64,000 nt of DNA from Octopus sinensis (Eukaryota): assembly GCF_006345805.1 (NCBI RefSeq), contig NC_043002.1:71548001-71612000 (forward strand), written 5' to 3'. The notes beneath the pieces are model-generated. The model was not told the origin of the DNA and searched no databases. It was given only the letters and a program-made list of their open reading frames with translations. The stretch's first letter is position 1. The number at the start of each line of letters is the position of its first letter. The translations under genes and the position numbers were made by a program. Positions 56,281-64,000 of this stretch are shown piece by piece.

Positions 56281-57182
56281 AAGCACACACGTACACGCAC
56301 ACACACACACACACACATACACACACACACACACACAAACACAAACACAAATTTGTCAGAAGACATAAAAATGTTAGATTTGAATATATGTGCACATGAG
56401 TATTTGTGAATAATCTTGTGTGTATGTACGTGAGTGTTTGTACGAGTACAAATGTTTGTGCGTGTCTGATCGTGGATGTGAACGTGTGTGCGGATGAGGG
56501 AAAGTATGGGTGAGTAGAAGGAAAAATGAGAATATAGATAAACATGTTTCTGTGATTGGCTTTCTATTCTGTTGTGTATAAACGTGTGCTTCTTTTCTGA
56601 AATATAAATATGAATATTATATTTGCTATGTAATTGTAAACTAATATCAAAGATGGCCATCATCATAAATAATATGAAAAAAATATAACCATAACAATTT
56701 GAATGTGACATAATGTTTCACATAAAACTGAAAACAGATCGGGAAGAGATATTCTTTCTTTTTTATGCTTACATATATATATGATAGACTTCTGATATCC
56801 GATTTCAATGCAATATATGTATTCAATGAAAGCATATGTTGTTAATAATATATCTCCAAATGTGAGTATTTCTTGTGTCTTAACGCAGTCAAAAACCCAT
56901 CAAAGCTGTGGAAGGTGCTTCAATGAATGACAAGCATAACTCTTTCTGATCTAGCAATGCACAATGAAAGCTGGAAGAAATGTGTTCAGTTTGGCCATAT
57001 AAAAATTAAGTGATTTTGAAGTTGATTCGATAAAGAAAGGAAGATCGGAGAGATATTTGTAATATAAATTTATCTTATATTGTAGAGTATATCAGCCAAT
57101 GAGCCTTCCCTGTTTTGTTTTATGTGTGTGTGTGTATATATATATATGTGTGTGTGTATGTATGTATATATATATATGTATG

Positions 57183-57268
<86 letters not shown>

Positions 57269-57284
57269 TATGTATGTAGGCATG

Positions 57285-57316
<32 letters not shown>

Positions 57317-58167
57317 CATGCATGTATCTATACACCATAAAAGAAACATTCTATCGTCGCTGAATGTGACTGAGGGTACCGAAACGCCTATAATACTAGA
57401 AATAAGAGTTAAGGACTCTTAATATTGCAAACAGGGCGTAATACACTTACACACGGATTTAGCCAAACCAGCGACCGCTTCAGTAGTCACTAGTGATGAT
57501 GCCGACGAATAGCGATTCTATTCTGGTGATTCTAGAGACAGTCATGGGGTGGTTACCTCCCCTTCAGTATATACATATTGCGCTCTTCTTACAGCATTGT
57601 GTCTCTAACTCCCATTTCTAGCTATATATATATGTATGTATGTATGTATGTATATATGAAGCATATAAGTTAACTATATGTGGTTCATAGTGCTTATTAT
57701 ACTAGCGCTGCTTCAAATTCATGTTTGATTTATTCTCACGTATACATTGTCCTGGCATACCCACACGTGATATTTGCATGTCATGAGCATATAAGCCGTA
57801 GACTGGTGAAATGATTCATCTGTGATTCTGGTGGTGTACGTGACAGTGACAAGCCAAAAAAACATCAACGTCTATTACTCCTAGACGGGATTGAGGGGGA
57901 GTTATCTCACCTGTCCATGACTCTGAGGTGTTTTAACATCTGCCGCCTTGGGATTACCCAGTAAATTTTTTTGCTAGTTTATTTTGTCTCCCTGTCTTCT
58001 CTCCTAGTGCTATATGAACATTTAATGTGGCTTTAGAGTCAGGTTTTGACTGCTATTTTCAGCGTGGTGGTATTTCTCAGATACCCTAATTTATAATTAT
58101 ATATATATATATGTGTGTGTGTGTTTATACATACTACATCATTGATTGGGTTACGTGCCCGTTGCTG

Positions 58168-58343
58168 TATTCAAAGCCAACAATTTTGAGGGAAGGACAC
58201 AATCAGTACATCACATAAGTACATAAAGGCTACTTTATTTCATCAATCTTGAAGGAATGAAATGCAAAATTGACTCCGGAAAGATCTGAAATCCAGCTAA
58301 GCATTTTATCCGACGTGCTAATGATTCTGGTAGCTTGCTGCTT
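58168..58343 (-). mobile_element. SINE family B (very old)
   Basis: Diverged reverse-complement homology. Confidence 0.55.
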
Positions 58344-59299
58344 TGTACTCTTATATAGAGACAGTTATAAATAGAATAGTCATACAAATTTTGTAGACAC
58401 CCAATAATCATATTGCAAATGGTAAATACTCTGAGTAGATTGAAGACATCGTTTTCAGAATTTAACTAAACAATATGTGTGTAGCCGCTTGGTTATAATG
58501 TTAGGCTCGTAATCGGAAATTCGTGATATCCATTCCTGAAGTGTGTGTGATAGATTAAATCAAGGTACATTATTTTACGCTGATAATGTCTAATCACATG
58601 AAATACTTAAATGATAGACTCGTAACACATTTAATAAAAACTTGCTACTCAATGACAAACCATATTCGCTAGCTAACGATGCTTAACTGTGTATTTTTGA
58701 AATCAGTTGTTGACACACCTTTGCAATCTTTTATGGAAGGCATTAATTTAATGATTTTTCACTAATAAATATAATACAGTTATTAATGATGAATATACCT
58801 TCCACAAATTTGTTCTATCGTTCCATCCATAAAGTCATTTATAGAGCATGTTTCTGTTTTCCATCTTCCACGAATGCACTCCTAACAAATGTGTTCATCT
58901 GCAATGTGTCTGTTATAGTTTAAGGTGTTGTACATCTCTTCTGACAACAACTTCAGAAATATTGTACAACTGTTCTTCATTTTCTTTCTACGAATATAAT
59001 ATACTGTTTACAATAGCCGTAACATTCAGTGTTCGCTAGTGAATACAGAGATATGTTCTATCGTACATTATACAGATAAAACGAAAAACCGTTAACTCAC
59101 CCATAATTTAAATCTTACTAAATATTTCAAAGTCCCTGCTGGTCATTTATATGCTGTACTTTCTTTGTAGATATCACTTTCAGATTAATGCATAATCGCA
59201 AAAAGTTTTGGAAAAGAATAAGTCTTTTGTTATCTCCAAATCGTTAACTACATAAGTTTATTGGATTTTTGACCAAGCAATACAAACCGCAGCATAAAG

Positions 59300-59900
59300 A
59301 TGACTCGATTATAACTTTCCTTTTACGCTGCCTGTCAAAATGCCATGTACGTACAATATCGCATTAAGTATATTGACTAAAATAGATTTTTGTTTTCATT
59401 TGAATGTCTACTTTAACTGCGAATGTCTTTGGGAATTGTAAATATTTACAACTTTCAGAAACCCTTCTATCTGACGCTTAGAGTTTGTTGCAAAACCAAT
59501 GATTCAAACAAATCTAGTAAGATGTGGAACAGTACATGACAAATACCCGCGAAGTGATTCCAAGCTGTCATTTCGCTTCAGTTGACTGCTGTTGTTTAAC
59601 CTTGCCAAGCTGTGATTGATATTGCATCTATGAAGAAGGCTACCTCTTAATGCGGTAACGTAGGTAATTGCAATTGGACGATACATTTATTTTCTAGCCA
59701 ATATATTTGTAGGTTTTGTATATATTGGAAGGTTTTTGTATATATGCAATGTAGCAATAAGAGATATACTAGACAACTTTGATCAGTTAAATTTGAAATT
59801 CTGCTCAACTTTAAAGAAGTTACCTTAACTTACATCACAAATGACTATATGTCCCGAAACTTTGGATTAGAACCGGCTAAAGTTTTCCAAATCTTCTACT
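59300..59900 (-). mobile_element. Ancient CR1/L2-like reverse transcriptase remnant
   Basis: YRPIAIT motif (59686 downward), then a FPKTFA..V segment resembling F.KAFD.V. Confidence 0.35.
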
Positions 59901-61692
59901 ACCTTAATGCCATTAAAAATCATCGTAAATGCTTTAAAGATGTTCGCATGATACTTCTAACTGATCACTATAGAAAACTGAATCATCGTAAGTACTCCTC
60001 TGTGAACTAAATATTGTCGACACATCATCATCGGTTTTTTCCGGATTTGGGATTTTAATCTACTACGTCAATAATATGATTGGAAATATAATCTTTCTCG
60101 TTTAATATGTCAAGAACACCAGAAGCAGCTTAAAACTCCATCATAGCTATAATATCTTTTGTTTGTTTCAATATGTGAAGTAAATCTTAATCGTTCTGTT
60201 TAAACTGAATTAAATAAGTTACTAATATTCTCTGGAGCACCTCATGTTGTCGAGTTGATTATTTGTTCGACTGTTGACAAGAATATCCAGTTCATATAAC
60301 TATTGTTGGTTGTGTTCATAACCAAAATACTGGAGACTCAATATATCCACTCTGTGCGATGATGTATCATTACGTTCTTGAGTGCAGACAATATTAAATC
60401 TACCTTTCATGTTTCGGTATCAAGATGAAATATGTGTAAACTACTGAGGTCTATTTAATCGAGTTTACTCCCATCAAAATGTGTGATACTAACCTGTATT
60501 TTTGTGGATTAATTTTCCCCGTCCACTTTGACTTTAAAGGATATAACTTGGGAGTTATATTCAATCATACAAGCAGTAAGAGTTACATTCAACCATACAA
60601 GCATAATCACCAAAACTATCTACAATTCCATAACTATTTCCGAGAAATGATTTGCTGCAGATGCAAAATATGAAGAATTTTTCCCTATATAGTATCCTTA
60701 GGAACTGCATTACTCTATGTATGCATAAAGAGAAATAACCAAAATGTAGTACTATGTATACACCATATTTAAAGACTATATGTAGCGTATATGAAATATA
60801 ATTCATATGAATAATATAAGAGAAATTAAATTATGTATTACAACATTGCTCGTCTTTTCTTCTAGAAAATTAAGCCACAGAAATAAGCACTTGTGGACAT
60901 TCAACCGCAGGATTTATACTTCGTTAAACGATAACTACCATCTATTATTTGAGAAAGCTATCTGTTGTTTAACCATTTTGTTGTATGCTCCATTAAATAC
61001 TACTCTTCAATACAACACTTCAAAAATTAATTAAAATATCCCCCACTACTCCACGGCTTACGTGGAAAAGTCGTTTCGCTTTTCATCTAGGACGTTATGT
61101 TCTCGTAGCAAAGTAAAGATATAAATTTGGAGAGATCAAATATAAGCAAAAACAATTTAAATAGCCACCTAAAAGAAGTAGAATAATGTTAAGACACCCG
61201 TCTTTGAAGAATCATGTAAATATTATTCAAGCTTTTATAATAAATTTCCATGATGTTGAAACTTTAGAACATATAGAGAAATTTTTAAAATTCTTTTCTA
61301 AAGGTACATGAAATACTATCATTTGTGAAATAATTCAAAAAGATCTTATTCAACTTTAAGCAACAACTCAAGTGAAGAAAACTCATAACATGTACATATT
61401 GCAATTTATATATACATATATACACACATACATACAAACACACACACACGCACGCACACACATACACACACATATATTTATATGTGTTTTTGTGTAAGAT
61501 CATATTTATGTATATGTATATATTCATGTCTTGGAAAATAGCATATATATTAGACGTAAAACAGCTGAATTCGGACCTTCAACAATATGTGTCAATCTAT
61601 GCAAGCACACGCAAGCACATGCATGCACAACACACTCACACACACTCCCTCCCTCTCTCCCGCTCTTATACACACGCGCGCGCATACACATG

Positions 61693-62306
61693 AAATGATT
61701 GACAGGGAAGACAGAGTGTATTGTAAGCTTTATTTAGCAAAACGATCGTTTCGGCTTACATCTCCACTGCTCTCTAGTGGGTGCGGAACGATATAATAGA
61801 ATGGAATGCACCCCAGAATGCAGAAGAAACCTCATCAGGTTACATAATACGTTGCAATTTTATAATATGTACATTTTGCTAAAGTGTGTGTGACAGGATG
61901 ATGTTGGTAGGATACGTGTGTTTACAGTAGTTCACAAATATATTACTGACGCAGGATGAATGGTATACATTAGGGAAATGGTAGGTAAATAATACAAGAC
62001 ACCAAATACATTGTACACTTCACTATTCTCCGAGTATATATCAGGCATCCTGTTTCATTTATGGATTTGTGAACTACTATAAACGCACGCATCTTACCGA
62101 CATCATCCTGCCAGACACACACTAGCGAAATGTACAAATTATAACACTGTAGCGTATTATGTAACATGATGAAGTATCTTATGTTGGGTGCATTCGACTT
62201 CATTATATCGTACACCAACTGCTAGAGAGCATTGCAGATGTAAGCCGAAACGATCGTCGTGCTGAATAAAGCTTATAGTGCACTCAACTTTCCCTATCAA
62301 TCATTT
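61693..62306. mobile_element. Long inverted repeat (~275-bp arms, ~65-bp spacer), PLE-like, each arm with an extended hammerhead motif
   Basis: 61693-61968 vs 62033-62306; (C/A)TGATGA...AAGCC-GAAAC-GATC-GT(C/T) followed by AATAAA in each arm. Confidence 0.75.
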
Positions 62307-62473
62307 AAAATATACTAAACGTGTGCCGACGAAACATTGCGAAGATCCAGCGGCTAAACTGCAGTACAGCGGAAGATGCCTGGTAGCCGTAAGGGGTGAA
62401 CGTGCTTTCAAGGCACACTACTAGGGACATACCCAAAACAAGATTTGGATACTGCATCTTAACGTTTCCTTTC

Positions 62474-62555
62474 TAGCTGGGGGGAATACATACGCCATAG
62501 AAACCGGGAAACCGAGCCCATGAGCCTGGCTAGGCTAGAAAAGGGTGCATAAATA
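62474..62555 (+). mobile_element. SINE family C, 3' fragment
   Basis: ACATACGCCATAGAAACCGGGAAACCGAGCCCATGAGCCTGGCTAGG. Confidence 0.8.
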
Positions 62556-62806
62556 AATTTAAAAAATAATGATGTAGCAATAGTATATTGTGATTGGAAT
62601 CCTCTGCATGATAGTACAAGAAAATGCAAATCTTTTTCAGCAAATGAAAATGCTGCCAACTAGAGTTTGCAAAATTTAACCACCACTATTTGTCTTTCCC
62701 ATGGCGTGCATTCATTGAGAGGGTTTTGTAGCTACTCTATCCAAAATTAAGACATATTTACTTGCTCTGGAGATGTAATTATTGCAATCTCAGCAAAAAT
62801 TCGAAT

Positions 62807-62859
<53 letters not shown>

Positions 62860-63066
62860 TGTATATGTATATATGAATACTAGATTGTGTATTTCTGTTT
62901 TTTTCATAGAAGTTTGTTGCACTGAAAATTTCTGACAGGTATGTGAACGAACAGCATTATAAGAAGTGAAGATTAACATATGCGAGTGGCGATTATGTTT
63001 TTTGTGAGTGCTTAAAACGCATCCTAACTTGATAATGATTGTATAGACACTCGAATATTAAAATGC

Positions 63067-63105
<39 letters not shown>

Positions 63106-63523
63106 CTACACACACATGCTAGCACACGCGCACGCACACAAACATGTACATTACACTTACATATATATAAATATATATACATATATATATATGTTTGTAT
63201 ATAAGTATGTATATATATATGTATATATATATGTATATATATATATGTATATATATGTATAGAAACACATACGCACGCATGCATACAGACGGAAGCACAA
63301 ACACACATACTTACACACACACATATCCGTACGTATATATACATCACATATAGCAATACCTCAGCTTTTAAGAATCCATTCGTTCATTATGCTTAATATC
63401 TTTACTCAGAATATGTCATTTTTCCTACTTATGTAATTACCTTTGAAAAATGAGCTCTATAGAGAAATGTTTTCATCATCATCTTATATATGCACTCACA
63501 TACACACATACACAGACACACAT

Positions 63524-63602
<79 letters not shown>

Positions 63603-63631
63603 CATACGTACTTATTTCTATATACATATAC

Positions 63632-63678
<47 letters not shown>

Positions 63679-63756
63679 ATATATGTATGTATATATATAT
63701 ATGATATATATGTATATATATATATGCTTTAGTGGCTTTTCTTCCCATTTTTTCAA

Positions 63757-63877
63757 CGTTGCCCTTCATTTTACGGGGGTCGATTGAATAAAGAACCAGT
63801 TGAAAACCGGAGTCGATGTAATCAAGCAACCCTCTCCTATCAAAATTTCAAGCCTTTTCGCCTTTAGTAGAAAGGAT
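63757..63877 (+). mobile_element. SINE family B, 3' fragment
   Basis: GGGGTCGATTGAATAAAGAACCAGTTG...GTCGATGTAATC. Confidence 0.6.
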
Positions 63878-64000
63878 GTTTTATATAAACAAATGTGTGT
63901 GCGTGTGCGTGTGCGTGTGTGTGTGCGTGTGTGTGTGTGTGTGTCTGTGTGTCTGTGTGAGTGTGTATGTATATACAAGATATTATTTATAGTAATTTAT

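Overview
This is AT-rich, extremely microsatellite-dense eukaryotic DNA. The repeat families (tRNA-headed SINEs, R4/Dong LINEs in TAA arrays) suggest an octopus or other coleoid cephalopod; this is an inference from recalled repeat sequences, not a search. I see no intact host gene, and almost all listed ORFs are microsatellite read-throughs. The window holds decayed R4/Dong non-LTR retrotransposons in (TAA)n arrays, RTE and CR1-like LINE remnants, one Tc1/mariner transposon, about 25 SINE copies from four families, and a ~520-550 bp TAA-flanked non-coding repeat. The most interesting signal is a dispersed set of Penelope-like (PLE) element ends carrying minimal hammerhead-ribozyme motifs, often arranged as foldback inverted repeats. 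One family places a tRNA-like Pol III module and an AAT array upstream of the ribozyme. Another carries a hammerhead with a long structured stem-II insertion. SINE multimers with a fixed junction enclosed by a single target-site duplication (TSD) are also notable.
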